Positions 36,680 to 45,925 of a stretch of DNA of 64,000 bases are shown here, one piece after another. The notes under the pieces were generated by a model. The model searched no databases, was not told where the DNA came from, and worked only from the letters and a program-made list of their open reading frames with translations. Position numbers and translations under genes: made by a program. How positions within the stretch are numbered: the stretch's first letter is position 1; every line of letters begins with the position of its first letter. This DNA is from a bacterium (GTDB lineage Bacteria; Krumholzibacteriota; Krumholzibacteriia; LZORAL124-64-63): positions 5,500-69,499 of the forward strand of contig JAAEOA010000015.1 of NCBI GenBank assembly GCA_024223715.1, read 5' to 3'.

Positions 36680-39018
36680 AGGTAGACTCCACTGGAAACG
36701 TTTGATCCGAAACTGTTGGTTCCGTTCCAGGAAACGGTTTGACGGCCGGAGCCCAAAACTCCATCGAAAAGTTGAATCACAAGGTGGCCGCGTATGTCGT
36801 ACACACCAAGGCGTACTGGCATTTCCCGGGGCAACTCAAAAGCAATGTTGGTTTGCGGATTGAATGGATTGGGGAAATTGCCTTGCAGGCGTACTTCGGC
36901 AGATACACTCGAATCCGGGGTTTCCTCATCAGGGTGTGGAGTTATCGAAACGTCGCTGCCATCGAGGGTCAATGAGCTAATGTCAGGCACCATATTAAAA
37001 CCAGAAACGGTCAATTGAATCTGGGTTGAACCTTCCAAAGTTTCTGTCCAATTGATTTGCGTGACACCGTCTTGTCCCACAAAACCAAGGCCCCAAAGTT
37101 GACCATTGACTGTTAAGGCGGCAACCGAACCGGCGGGACCAGAAATATTACCCGTCCACGATGTGGCAGTGGAAGCTAAATCCACAGGGCCGTTTACTGC
37201 GAATACACCTGGTGGCTGGGTGCGAACCATCAAGGAACAATCGCCAAAAACAATGTTCTGATCGATGACTTGTTCAGAAACTGCAATGCCGGAATATTCA
37301 TCGAGCATTTTCATAAGGCCGGAATAATACAGCGAGCCGAGGGTGAATGCTTCATTGCCGGTTAACAGGTCAACAACCTCTGCCTGCATAACCGTAGGAG
37401 GAACCCAGGGTGCCAGAGAAGATGCTGAAATAATACCAATGGCACCTTGCGGAGCTTCGGGTGTGCCGGAACGCATCCAGGCTTCGGCCAGGCATTCGTT
37501 CTGGCTGAAGTCACCATTGTAACAGGAAACATCCACAATCCAGGGCCACTGGGGACCGTTGTGCAAAGCATTAACTTGTGATGTGCTGAAGTACACACTT
37601 CCCCAACTGGTGCCACTGCCATGACCAAGATAATTAACAAGACTGGCTCCATAATTGACAGCATTAGTGATGTGGAGGGACGAGGAGCCCTGTCCCTGAT
37701 AAATCTGATCCACCGTGTTGAAACCATTGTTGAGCATTTGAGTGCGCAAAAGTTCAGCGCGTTCATAATCGGGGGGTGAACCTTCATCGCTGGCGATGCC
37801 AATTCCGTGTTGATACCAATGAGCCGCGGGGCCGGTCGAGGGCGATTTTTCGTATTCAATAAATTTATTTAACTGAGTTAATAATTCTGTGGAATTTGTG
37901 GCTGAAATTCGTGAGACATAAAGGTCCGGATAAATATCATCTCCATCGACCATGGCGTAGCGACTGTCCGAGTCCGAGCCATCGTAACTTCCGACGTTGG
38001 TGGGCATTTGAGCCTTGTCCCCAACAAGGATTACCCAGGTTAATCCGTCATCTTCTTTGTACATGCTGGAAATGAAAGCACCTATGGCGGCGCTGGTGCC
38101 TCCTACCTGATCGGTGGTGCGAATGGTCACATCAATACCTAGCATTTGTTTCCAGGAAACAAAGCCGCTCAGGACATTCACAAAGGCAGGGTGGCTGATA
38201 ATCAGCATGCGACCCCGATGGGGAAGAGGTTGATATTTGTCAGTGCGGGGTGAGGGCTCATAACTTCCAAAAATTCTTTGGTAAACAGGAGTGAATTCTT
38301 GTTCGTCGGGTTCCCATGAAGCGGTAATAGTTTTAGCCTGACCATCCGAGTTCTCGGTAATGATATCCACAACAAGTTGTTCGGTGATAAGGAGCAGTCC
38401 TTTGCCTGCATCGTAACGCAAAGGATTGACTCGAATATTTACACCAGACAATTCACGCAAAGTGAATGGCTTGCTCATTTCAATGACATTTTTGGGCCAT
38501 ACCTTTTTCTGTTGATAAAAGTCATCGAACTCAGGAATTAGGCCCAGCGGATTGACGTCACGAGTCAGGTGCCCGAGGGAAGGTTCAACCGGATCGACTT
38601 TCATTTCACGCGTCACATGTTTGACAATTTTCAAAGTTGTTTTGCTGCCTGACGGAACTTGAAAGCTGCGGGACAAAACGGGTACTTCTGGCAAACCAAC
38701 TGTTTGTAATAAAATATGCTCTGGCATGCGCAAGCGGCTGCAAGGGGTGGAGCCGACTAAAACAGGTTCAAGAAAAAATCCAGGCATTTTGAATTTCATG
38801 TTCTGGTCATTGCCGGAAAAATCAAGAACGGCAATATCCTGTTGCTGGCCGGAAATGCTCACCCACTTGGCGGCAGATTTTTGGTGGCCCAAAGTTCCCA
38901 GTAACATACGGCTTTCATCGGGTGGGGTCGACTGTTGCTGCAACAAACGAGGACCAAACAGGGAAGTAGCCGCAAAGAGGGCAATAGCCACCATCATTTT
39001 AATTTTGGGGTTCTTCAT
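36622..39018 (-). CDS. Peptidase C25 (gingipain-like) cysteine protease with C-terminal FlgD-Ig/T9SS-like sorting domain
   Basis: 798 aa with a signal peptide. Catalytic-type His (NYLGHGSGTSW) and Cys (VDVSCYNGDF) have gingipain-like spacing, preceded by LIISHPAF...WVILVGD. C-terminal domain: NFPNPFNPQTNIAFELP...VSWNG...GVYLYRL. Confidence 0.8.
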   Translation of the reverse strand: MKNPKIKMMVAIALFAATSLFGPRLLQQQSTPPDESRMLLGTLGHQKSAAKWVSISGQQQDIAVLDFSGNDQNMKFKMPGFFLEPVLVGSTPCSRLRMPEHILLQTVGLPEVPVLSRSFQVPSGSKTTLKIVKHVTREMKVDPVEPSLGHLTRDVNPLGLIPEFDDFYQQKKVWPKNVIEMSKPFTLRELSGVNIRVNPLRYDAGKGLLLITEQLVVDIITENSDGQAKTITASWEPDEQEFTPVYQRIFGSYEPSPRTDKYQPLPHRGRMLIISHPAFVNVLSGFVSWKQMLGIDVTIRTTDQVGGTSAAIGAFISSMYKEDDGLTWVILVGDKAQMPTNVGSYDGSDSDSRYAMVDGDDIYPDLYVSRISATNSTELLTQLNKFIEYEKSPSTGPAAHWYQHGIGIASDEGSPPDYERAELLRTQMLNNGFNTVDQIYQGQGSSSLHITNAVNYGASLVNYLGHGSGTSWGSVYFSTSQVNALHNGPQWPWIVDVSCYNGDFSQNECLAEAWMRSGTPEAPQGAIGIISASSLAPWVPPTVMQAEVVDLLTGNEAFTLGSLYYSGLMKMLDEYSGIAVSEQVIDQNIVFGDCSLMVRTQPPGVFAVNGPVDLASTATSWTGNISGPAGSVAALTVNGQLWGLGFVGQDGVTQINWTETLEGSTQIQLTVSGFNMVPDISSLTLDGSDVSITPHPDEETPDSSVSAEVRLQGNFPNPFNPQTNIAFELPREMPVRLGVYDIRGHLVIQLFDGVLGSGRQTVSWNGTNSFGSNVSSGVYLYRLDTPDGTKTGRMTLSK

Positions 39019-39197
39019 GAAGCCAACTTTGAATCGGGGGACAGGAATAGTTCTCTGACCTGATAATCGGCAGGACAGCGGTATTTTTGAGAGAATAATG
39101 ACATTCCTTATGATGACTGGATATTTGCTGTAACTTCAGGCATAGTGAACCGTACTAGCTAAAAAATTTGAAAAGTATTCCCGAAAGGATTTACTCA

Positions 39198-40100
39198 ATG
39201 GCCAAAGCCCGTGGTTGTTTTAAAAATAGTTGTTTAGGATGTTTGAGCCTTTTTGTTCTGATTCTGCTTTTTGTTGGGGTTGTTTCTTTGCTGGCGTTAA
39301 AGGATGCAAAAAACATCAGCCCGGTTGACGTAGTTCATGCTCCATTATCTGAAGATCCTGCAGGGCAAGGGGCGCTGTTCGCCGGAAAAGGTGGAACGGT
39401 GATTTTGAACTTGAATCAGGGTGATTTTGTCGTGGAACCAGCCAAGCCTGGACAGGGTTTGGTTGTTGAAGCCATCTACGATGATGAGCGATACAATCTG
39501 GATCAGACTTTCACAACCCTGGCTGATTCTACCTGGCAATACGAACTGAATTTCCTGCGTTCCGACGGTGGTTTTCGCTCTTTCATGAGTTCTGTGTTTT
39601 CCAAGGGGCCTTCGACCAAGGTGAAAATTTTTCTGCCGCCGGAGGTCCCTTTGGAACTGAAAAGTAAAGTTTCCAAAGGTGGCCTGGAGGTCGATTTGGG
39701 TGGGTTATGGTTGAAAAACATAGATTTGAACGTGAGTAAAGGTGGGTTTGCCCTGGAAGTCAGCGAGCCCTTAAAAGAGCCAGTGAATAATTTCATTGTT
39801 AATAGCAATATGGGTGGATTTGCCGCTGCAAATTTGGGAAATGCAAGTCCAAAAGTTCTGGATGTGAGCTGTAATAAAGGCGGAGCCGATATTGACTTAA
39901 GTGGCAACTGGAGAAACAGTTGTGACATTGGGTTGGATGTTCGAATGGGTGGATTGAGTGCGAGGACACCCCGGGGAATAAAAGTCATCAGGGGTTCGCA
40001 AGAAATAGCAGCCATGGCTGAGGCCAATCCTGAAATTGATGAAATAGTGATGAAAATCAGATCCCGTGTGTTTTGGGGGGAGATTGAAATCATTGAATAA
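39198..40100 (+). CDS. Membrane-anchored protein with repeated beta-strand (toast-rack/DUF4097/LiaF-C-like) region
   Basis: The ORF begins at TTG 39168, with an ATG at 39198. One N-terminal TM. Repeated KGG(L/F/A)x(V/L)(D/E) units: SKGGLEVDLGG, SKGGFALEV, NMGGFAAANLG, NKGGADIDLSG, RMGGLSART. The family call is tentative. Confidence 0.5.
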   Translation: MAKARGCFKNSCLGCLSLFVLILLFVGVVSLLALKDAKNISPVDVVHAPLSEDPAGQGALFAGKGGTVILNLNQGDFVVEPAKPGQGLVVEAIYDDERYNLDQTFTTLADSTWQYELNFLRSDGGFRSFMSSVFSKGPSTKVKIFLPPEVPLELKSKVSKGGLEVDLGGLWLKNIDLNVSKGGFALEVSEPLKEPVNNFIVNSNMGGFAAANLGNASPKVLDVSCNKGGADIDLSGNWRNSCDIGLDVRMGGLSARTPRGIKVIRGSQEIAAMAEANPEIDEIVMKIRSRVFWGEIEIIE

Positions 40101-40400
40101 CCCCATGATATAAGGGCAATCTCAAGGAGACTCCATTTTTTGGGTGGACTAAATAAATAATTAGCAAAAGCCATCTCCATGGGTTAGCGTTTAACACTGA
40201 ATTGGAGGATTATGTTCAATTGCGTCAGCTTCCTGAAATACAGAAGTCCTTGCATTGAGCATTAAGGAATTCCCTCGATACCCGGGGGATTTTGTTCGGC
40301 AACAGGCCGGACAGGTTCTATGACCAGCGGATTCTCGGAGATAGCCGGGGTTCAAAGGTCTAGTTTAAGCCGGAAATCCGGCATTTGGAGAAGATTGAAA

Positions 40401-40709
40401 ATGAAGAAGATTTACATGGGCAACCTGCCTTTCACCGCCACCGAAGATGAAGTCCGCGACCTGGTTGGTCAACACGGAACGGTGCACAGTGTTGCTCTTA
40501 TCAACGATCGCGAAACTGGTCGCCCCCGTGGCTTCGGTTTTGTTGAAGTTGACGACGAGACCCTGAATAATGTTATCCAGGCCCTCGATGGCTTTGAACT
40601 GAATGGCCGCGCTCTGCGCGTAAACGAAGCCCAGGAACGTCCTCGCCGTACCGGCGGTGGCGGCGGCGGTGGTGGCTTCGGTGGCGGTGGCGGCGGTGGC
40701 CGCTGGTAA
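40401..40709 (+). CDS. Glycine-rich RRM-type RNA-binding protein
   Basis: Start chosen at ATG 40401 (GGAG at 40387-40390), giving MKKIYMGNLPF (RNP-2). RNP-1 is RGFGFVEV. C-terminal poly-Gly tail. Confidence 0.9.
   Translation: MKKIYMGNLPFTATEDEVRDLVGQHGTVHSVALINDRETGRPRGFGFVEVDDETLNNVIQALDGFELNGRALRVNEAQERPRRTGGGGGGGGFGGGGGGGRW
40653..40700 (+). repeat. (GGY)8-TTC-(GGY)7 trinucleotide low-complexity tract encoding the poly-Gly tail
   Basis: Direct reading of ggc/ggt codon runs inside the RRM gene. Confidence 0.9.
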
Positions 40710-40740
40710 GCCCAGCCTTTTCCCTATTTTGGGGAATCCA

Positions 40741-40775
40741 ACCCCGTACCCTATTTGGGTGCGGGGTTTTTTTTT
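40741..40775 (+). terminator. Rho-independent terminator
   Basis: 11-bp stem ACCCCGTACCC / GGGTGCGGGGT (one G-U), loop TATT, followed by T9. It lies 32 nt after the RRM stop. Confidence 0.9.
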
Positions 40776-40822
40776 GAGCTTATCATGGTTCTTAATCCTT
40801 TTTCCCGTTCCATAGGCAGGCC

Positions 40823-41248
40823 ATGTTTTCGTCCCGATTCATACTTATTCTTGCCCGGGTGCTTTTACTCCTGGGCTCTTTGTCACTCATCTCGGCGTCC
40901 ATCAGGTTGTTTCATCGTGCACTTGAAGCGGGGCTGCCTGTCTGGCACCTGTATTACATCATTCCTGTAAGTATATTGGCCGGTGCTTTTAAAGCCCGGG
41001 TGGTCATGCGCAAGCGCATGATTCAGAATATTCAGCGTCTGAAAACCAGCCAGGGAAAACTATGGCTCTGGGATATTTACCCGCGCCCACTTTTGCTTTT
41101 CATTTTTTCAATGATTACCAGCATGATTGTTCTCAAACAATTACTGGCGGGAAATGCCGTAGGATTGGTTGCTCTAGGAGGTGTGGATGCGGCTGTTGCT
41201 GTGGCTTTGTTCATGGCTTCGCTGGAGTATCGGCGAAAAAATCTTTAG
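40823..41248 (+). CDS. Small hypothetical membrane protein (about 4 TM)
   Basis: 141-aa ORF with four hydrophobic spans and no recognised motif. Confidence 0.5.
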   Translation: MFSSRFILILARVLLLLGSLSLISASIRLFHRALEAGLPVWHLYYIIPVSILAGAFKARVVMRKRMIQNIQRLKTSQGKLWLWDIYPRPLLLFIFSMITSMIVLKQLLAGNAVGLVALGGVDAAVAVALFMASLEYRRKNL

Positions 41249-41249
41249 G

Positions 41250-42227
41250 CTATAACCAACCTTCGCGGCGTAGCAAATCCAAAAACACAGGATTGAAAGC
41301 AGCCACACCTTCTCCATTCAAATGATGATAGTCATAGAACAAAGATTCATCGTGAAGGTCTATTCCATTCCTTGGCTCAATCAATCCATTAAAATCATAA
41401 AAGGGAACGTTGTGCCGGGCTGCAAGTTCAGCCACTTGTTTTTGAACCTGATGGAAATCATCAATGGCCTTCAAGGTTGCCCTTGGAAGGGGTTGGCTGA
41501 CGAGGATAATCGGACGTTTCTGTTCATGCATTATTTGGATCAGTTTTTCCATATGCTTAAGTTGATTCGGATTCACGGGGCCGGGTCTTTCGTCATACTT
41601 GGCAATACCACCGGATTTTGATTCCCGACGCACAAATCCTCCGTTTACATAGTGACCGTTATTGGGGGAGAAGTCTGGCTCCCTTGTGAATGTGCTTTCA
41701 TCTGTAAAATTAAGCAGATGTATCAGCCACCCATTCCAGGCTTTTACACCGCCCACGGCAGCAGTCATTTCTAAAAGATTAAAATCGGTAGGGCGATTGC
41801 TGAGCTGGTCCAGTAGAGATTCCGCTCCACTTGAGCGCAGGGTTTCACAGTACACTTCCAGGACAACCAGATCAGGGTCCAGCACCGGGAAGTATTTTTT
41901 TGCAATATGCAACGAGATAACGGGGCCTTGGGCTGAGGAACCCAAATTGAAAGCCCGCACATCATGACTACGATAATACTGGGTATCAAAAGTCCGATAG
42001 CAGTGAGACGAACCCAAAAAAACAACATCTACTTTTCCAAAATTTTCAGCTTCTCGAAAGCGGAGAACCGATAGGCCTCCATTGGGCCGATTCAACGGCA
42101 AATTGGAGTATGTTTTTCCATTAAAAATGAGAGGGTCTGAGACATTGGACAGCAGTGCAACAAAAGCAATATACATAAATGTTGCAACGGCAAGGAAACT
42201 GAAAAATTTTGCTGTAAATCCACGCAT
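41250..42227 (-). CDS. SGNH-fold, DltD-like partner of the MBOAT acyltransferase
   Basis: 325 aa with an N-terminal TM/signal anchor. Block I-like VVFLGSSH and block V-like YDYHHLNGEG. It lies 9 nt downstream of the MBOAT gene. The family call is tentative. Confidence 0.55.
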   Translation of the reverse strand: MRGFTAKFFSFLAVATFMYIAFVALLSNVSDPLIFNGKTYSNLPLNRPNGGLSVLRFREAENFGKVDVVFLGSSHCYRTFDTQYYRSHDVRAFNLGSSAQGPVISLHIAKKYFPVLDPDLVVLEVYCETLRSSGAESLLDQLSNRPTDFNLLEMTAAVGGVKAWNGWLIHLLNFTDESTFTREPDFSPNNGHYVNGGFVRRESKSGGIAKYDERPGPVNPNQLKHMEKLIQIMHEQKRPIILVSQPLPRATLKAIDDFHQVQKQVAELAARHNVPFYDFNGLIEPRNGIDLHDESLFYDYHHLNGEGVAAFNPVFLDLLRREGWL

Positions 42228-42236
42228 CAGATCACC

Positions 42237-43673
42237 TCAGAACTGGAAATAAATGAAAGTGGTTTCACCCCAGAAGCCAAAGACAAACAAGACCACCAGC
42301 AGTGTGCTGTATAAGAGCCACCGTACGGGGCGGGGTAAGTGAGTTATTTGCAGGGCGTGTTGTTTGGTTCTTTGGGGCCATTCGCACATTAACAGGATCA
42401 AACCGTACGCAACATGCAGTGGCACCAAACCGGAATTGAGCGGCCCCATCCAGGAGGTGGTGAATAAACGCTCAATAATAAAAAGAGCGTGACTCACATC
42501 GGTCGCCCGAAAAAACACCCAGGCCAACAAGGTGAAAGAAAAAGTTCCGCCCATTTTTATGATTTCATTCACCGAAGGAAAGATGCGATTTTCAGCCACC
42601 GTTCCCTGGGAGTCTTTATTCTTGTCCAGGAGCATTAATGGTACATAGGCCAAACCATTGAGCAATCCCCAGATAACAAAAGTCCAGTTGGCGCCATGCC
42701 AAAGCCCACTGACAGTGAAGGTGATGACAATGTTGCGAATGGAGAGCCATTTGCCGCCGCGGCTGCCACCGAGGGGAATGAACACATAGTCGCGGAACCA
42801 CGATGAAAGAGAGATGTGCCAACGCCGCCAGAATTCAGCAATGTCCCTGGAGAAATAGGGGAAGGCGAAATTCTGCATCAGGGAAAATCCGAAAAGCCGG
42901 CTGGTCCCGATGGCAATATCCGAGTAGCCCGAAAAATCACCATAAATTTGCAGGGCAAAAAGGAATACTCCAGCCAATAGCATGGGCGGCGAATATGACC
43001 CGGGATCGCCAAAAATGAGGTCTACTGAGCGGGCGGCATTGTCGGCGACAACAACTTTTTTCACCAGACCCCAAAGGATTTGACGCAGGCCGTCTTCAGC
43101 TTTGCAGACATCAAAGTTGCGCTTGGTTTCAAACTGAGGCAGTAAATGAGAGGCTCGTTCAATGGGTCCGGCAACCAGCTGAGGGAAGAAAGATACAAAA
43201 GCAAAGAATGCGATCGGGTCGTGGGTGGGCTCCAGCTTTTTTCGGTATATGTCGAGGGAATAGCTGAGGGTTTGGAATGTATAAAAACTAATTCCCACCG
43301 GAAGAATAATTCCAAGAGTATGGACATTGGGTTGCAGACCTGCGGAAGTGAGCAAGTTGACCATGGAGGTTACGAAGAAATCGTAATACTTAAAAACACC
43401 CAGAAAACCCAAATTAACTGCAAGCGAAAAGGTGAGAAGCAGTCGCCGGTGACTCGATTTTTCAGCATTGTACAAACGGATGCCAGCCCAGTAGTCGACA
43501 ATTGAGCTTATGACAATAAGGGAGAGAAAACGCCAATCCCACCAGCCATAAAACACATAACTGGCCACCAGCAGAAGAGTGTTCTGCAGCCGCAAACGGT
43601 TGCGTCCGGCGGCCCAGTAAAGGGCAAAAACCAGAGGCAGGAATATTGCAAATGCCAGTGAATTGAAAAGCAT
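42237..43673 (-). CDS. MBOAT family O-acyltransferase (AlgI/DltB-like)
   Basis: 478-aa polytopic ORF. Motifs: FYTFQTLSYSLDIYRKKLEP, FFPQLVAGPIERA, FWRRWHISLSSWFRDYVFIPLGGSR. Confidence 0.9.
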   Translation of the reverse strand: MLFNSLAFAIFLPLVFALYWAAGRNRLRLQNTLLLVASYVFYGWWDWRFLSLIVISSIVDYWAGIRLYNAEKSSHRRLLLTFSLAVNLGFLGVFKYYDFFVTSMVNLLTSAGLQPNVHTLGIILPVGISFYTFQTLSYSLDIYRKKLEPTHDPIAFFAFVSFFPQLVAGPIERASHLLPQFETKRNFDVCKAEDGLRQILWGLVKKVVVADNAARSVDLIFGDPGSYSPPMLLAGVFLFALQIYGDFSGYSDIAIGTSRLFGFSLMQNFAFPYFSRDIAEFWRRWHISLSSWFRDYVFIPLGGSRGGKWLSIRNIVITFTVSGLWHGANWTFVIWGLLNGLAYVPLMLLDKNKDSQGTVAENRIFPSVNEIIKMGGTFSFTLLAWVFFRATDVSHALFIIERLFTTSWMGPLNSGLVPLHVAYGLILLMCEWPQRTKQHALQITHLPRPVRWLLYSTLLVVLFVFGFWGETTFIYFQF

Positions 43674-43744
43674 TAGGGGATTATCGGCTTACAGAGCAAA
43701 GGGTTTAGGGTATACTGTTGCTGAATCACTGTTGGAGGTAAATA

Positions 43745-44947
43745 TTGAGAAAATTATGGTTTTGCGTCCTTCGTATTGTGCACATTCCACCTGTGTTCAA
43801 AGTTTCTTTAAGTCTGGTCCTGTTGGTTGCGGTTTTGGGTTGTGGCGACCCTATTCCGGGCCAAAAGAATCGATCTGATGAACCGGTGAAACCACATAAG
43901 GCTTACCAGCACCCGGCCTCATTCACCGCAAATCAAGCCGCCCCTTTTGTCCGTCTGGCTCTGGATTGCGCGGTCCAGGAATACCCAAACAAAATTGGCC
44001 ACACCATGCTTTCGGATGCGGACCAGGGAACACCTCGCCTTTTGCACCCCTCATTTTTTGGATGCTTCGACTGGCATTCGTCTGTTCACGGGCACTGGTT
44101 GCTGACACGCTTTGCACGCCTTTATCCTGAACATGAGTTGGCAGAAAAGGCGCGCCTAATTCTGGATTCACATTTGACCCCTGAAAATATTGCCGCAGAA
44201 GTGGAATATCTTATGGCTGAAGGTCGAGCTTCCTGGGAGCGTCCTTACGGATTGGCCTGGCTGTTGCAGCTTTCTGCTGAGTTGCACCAGTGGGCTGATG
44301 GTGGCAGCTCGGAAGCTGGTCGTTGGAACCAGGCTCTGGAACCGCTGGAAAAAGCCTCTGTGAGGCGCCTTTCACAATGGCTACCCAAGTTGGCATATCC
44401 CATTCGTACCGGTGAGCACAGCCAGACAGCTTTTGCTTTTGGCCTGATGCTGGACTACGCTCGCATTGCAGAGGATTCTGAATTTGGCCAGTTAATTGTC
44501 GAAACATCTCGGCGCCTGTATCTGAATGATGTCTCGGCTGACTTGCGTTTTGAACCCTCAGGTCAGGACTTCCTTTCGCCTGTTTTGGCCGAAGGGGATT
44601 TGATGCGACGGTTGTTGAAACCTGAAGAATTTGCTGATTGGCTGAAAAAGTTTTTACCCGACCTGCCAGTAAATGGTGAGTCTCGCTGGTTGGCCATCGC
44701 ATCTGTAACCGATCGGTCGGACGGCAAGTTGGCTCATCTGGATGGATTGAACCTGAGCCGGGCCTGGATGCTTGAAGGAATGGCCGAGGGTTTGCCTGCG
44801 TTCGATGCCAGACGACAGGCGCTTTTAGTTGCCGCCCATGAACATCGCCAGGTCGGGCTTGGGGCCATCACTGCGGATCATTATGAAGGCGGGCATTGGT
44901 TGGGGACTTATGCCATTTATTTGGGTAGTGGACGGGGGTTGAAATGA
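43745..44947 (+). CDS. DUF2891-like protein, probably a lipoprotein
   Basis: 400-aa ORF from TTG 43745. An internal GTG at 43793 would give MFKVSLSLVLLVAVLGC (lipobox). Motif HPSFFGCFDWHSSVHGHWLL matches my memory of DUF2891. The family call is moderate. Confidence 0.55.
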   Translation: MRKLWFCVLRIVHIPPVFKVSLSLVLLVAVLGCGDPIPGQKNRSDEPVKPHKAYQHPASFTANQAAPFVRLALDCAVQEYPNKIGHTMLSDADQGTPRLLHPSFFGCFDWHSSVHGHWLLTRFARLYPEHELAEKARLILDSHLTPENIAAEVEYLMAEGRASWERPYGLAWLLQLSAELHQWADGGSSEAGRWNQALEPLEKASVRRLSQWLPKLAYPIRTGEHSQTAFAFGLMLDYARIAEDSEFGQLIVETSRRLYLNDVSADLRFEPSGQDFLSPVLAEGDLMRRLLKPEEFADWLKKFLPDLPVNGESRWLAIASVTDRSDGKLAHLDGLNLSRAWMLEGMAEGLPAFDARRQALLVAAHEHRQVGLGAITADHYEGGHWLGTYAIYLGSGRGLK

Positions 44948-45801
44948 AAAGAATATCTACATTTCTTCTTATGGCTTATATAACGCTATTCGGTTCGGCC
45001 AAAGCCAATACCAACCTGTTAACACAGGGGCGAATTGATACCGATGTGGTCGCGGGTAAACCGATAGTCGTTCATGTTGTAGTGGCTCTCTGTGACAATG
45101 CCAATCAGGGAATTGTTCCCGTGCCAGCAACTTTGGGCAATGGCCAGGATCCAAAAAACAACCTCTACTGGGGGGCTTTGTACGGTGTAAAAACACACTT
45201 GTCCCGCACTTCTCATTGGAGTCTTCAAGATGTTGAAAACTCTACCGATTCACGAATCCTGGACCGTGCGATTTTTGTTTCCGACACAAAACGCAAAGGC
45301 AAAGTGGTTCCTGTTTACCTTGTAGCCGAGGCCTGGGATGGTGCGTATATAAAGGAATCGATAGAGAGTTATTTGGACATGCTGGCTGGCAATGCACCAG
45401 TCACCATGGTGATCAATCAGCGGGATGATTCTTCCATCAAACTTGAAGCGGGCAGTTCAGCTCATCTTTTGGCCTATGTGGGCCATAACGGATTGATGGA
45501 GTTTTCTGCGGAAACGCCGGCCCTCATACAGGATTCAGTGAACGAGCCCAGAAGTGCCGTGGTTCTTGCTTGTGCCAGCAAAGGGTATTTTCTGGACCAC
45601 TTTCAGAGCCTGAATGTGCATTCTTTATTACTGACCCGTGGGTTAATGGCTCCGGAGGCTTATACCCTGGACGCAACCATTCGCGCCTGGGCTGCTGGAG
45701 GAGAAACTTCGTCGGTTGTTGAAGAGGCAGCCAAGGCCTATCACAAATATCAGCAATGTGGAATGCGTGGAGCGCGGGGGTTGTTTTGGGGAGCGCCGTA
45801 A
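44944..45801 (+). CDS. Secreted hypothetical protein with a possible His/Cys dyad
   Basis: 285-aa ORF with an ATGA overlap to the upstream gene and a signal peptide. Hydrophobic strand plus GHNG (LLAYVGHNG) is followed 31 residues later by hydrophobic strand plus AC (AVVLACAS). Confidence 0.55.
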   Translation: MKRISTFLLMAYITLFGSAKANTNLLTQGRIDTDVVAGKPIVVHVVVALCDNANQGIVPVPATLGNGQDPKNNLYWGALYGVKTHLSRTSHWSLQDVENSTDSRILDRAIFVSDTKRKGKVVPVYLVAEAWDGAYIKESIESYLDMLAGNAPVTMVINQRDDSSIKLEAGSSAHLLAYVGHNGLMEFSAETPALIQDSVNEPRSAVVLACASKGYFLDHFQSLNVHSLLLTRGLMAPEAYTLDATIRAWAAGGETSSVVEEAAKAYHKYQQCGMRGARGLFWGAP

Positions 45802-45925
45802 TTTCCGTTATTTTTTCCTGCCTCGGATTTGTGGCAACTCCCTGAGCCATTACATTCTCACTTTCTGAGCTGATTGGCGACCAGGAAGTGGGTTTCCGGA
45901 AGGGATAAATTTCTGATCATTGTTC

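Noticed and set aside
39503-40180. 225-aa minus-strand ORF opposite the toast-rack-like gene
   Set aside because: It is an antisense shadow ORF. The plus-strand frame has a TM anchor and a coherent repeat structure.
40320-40400. Upstream in-frame extension of the RRM ORF (MTSGFSEIAG...)
   Set aside because: Bacterial RRM proteins start at the M-x-IY(V/M)GNL RNP-2 strand. ATG 40401 has a properly spaced GGAG, and the extension has no such signal.
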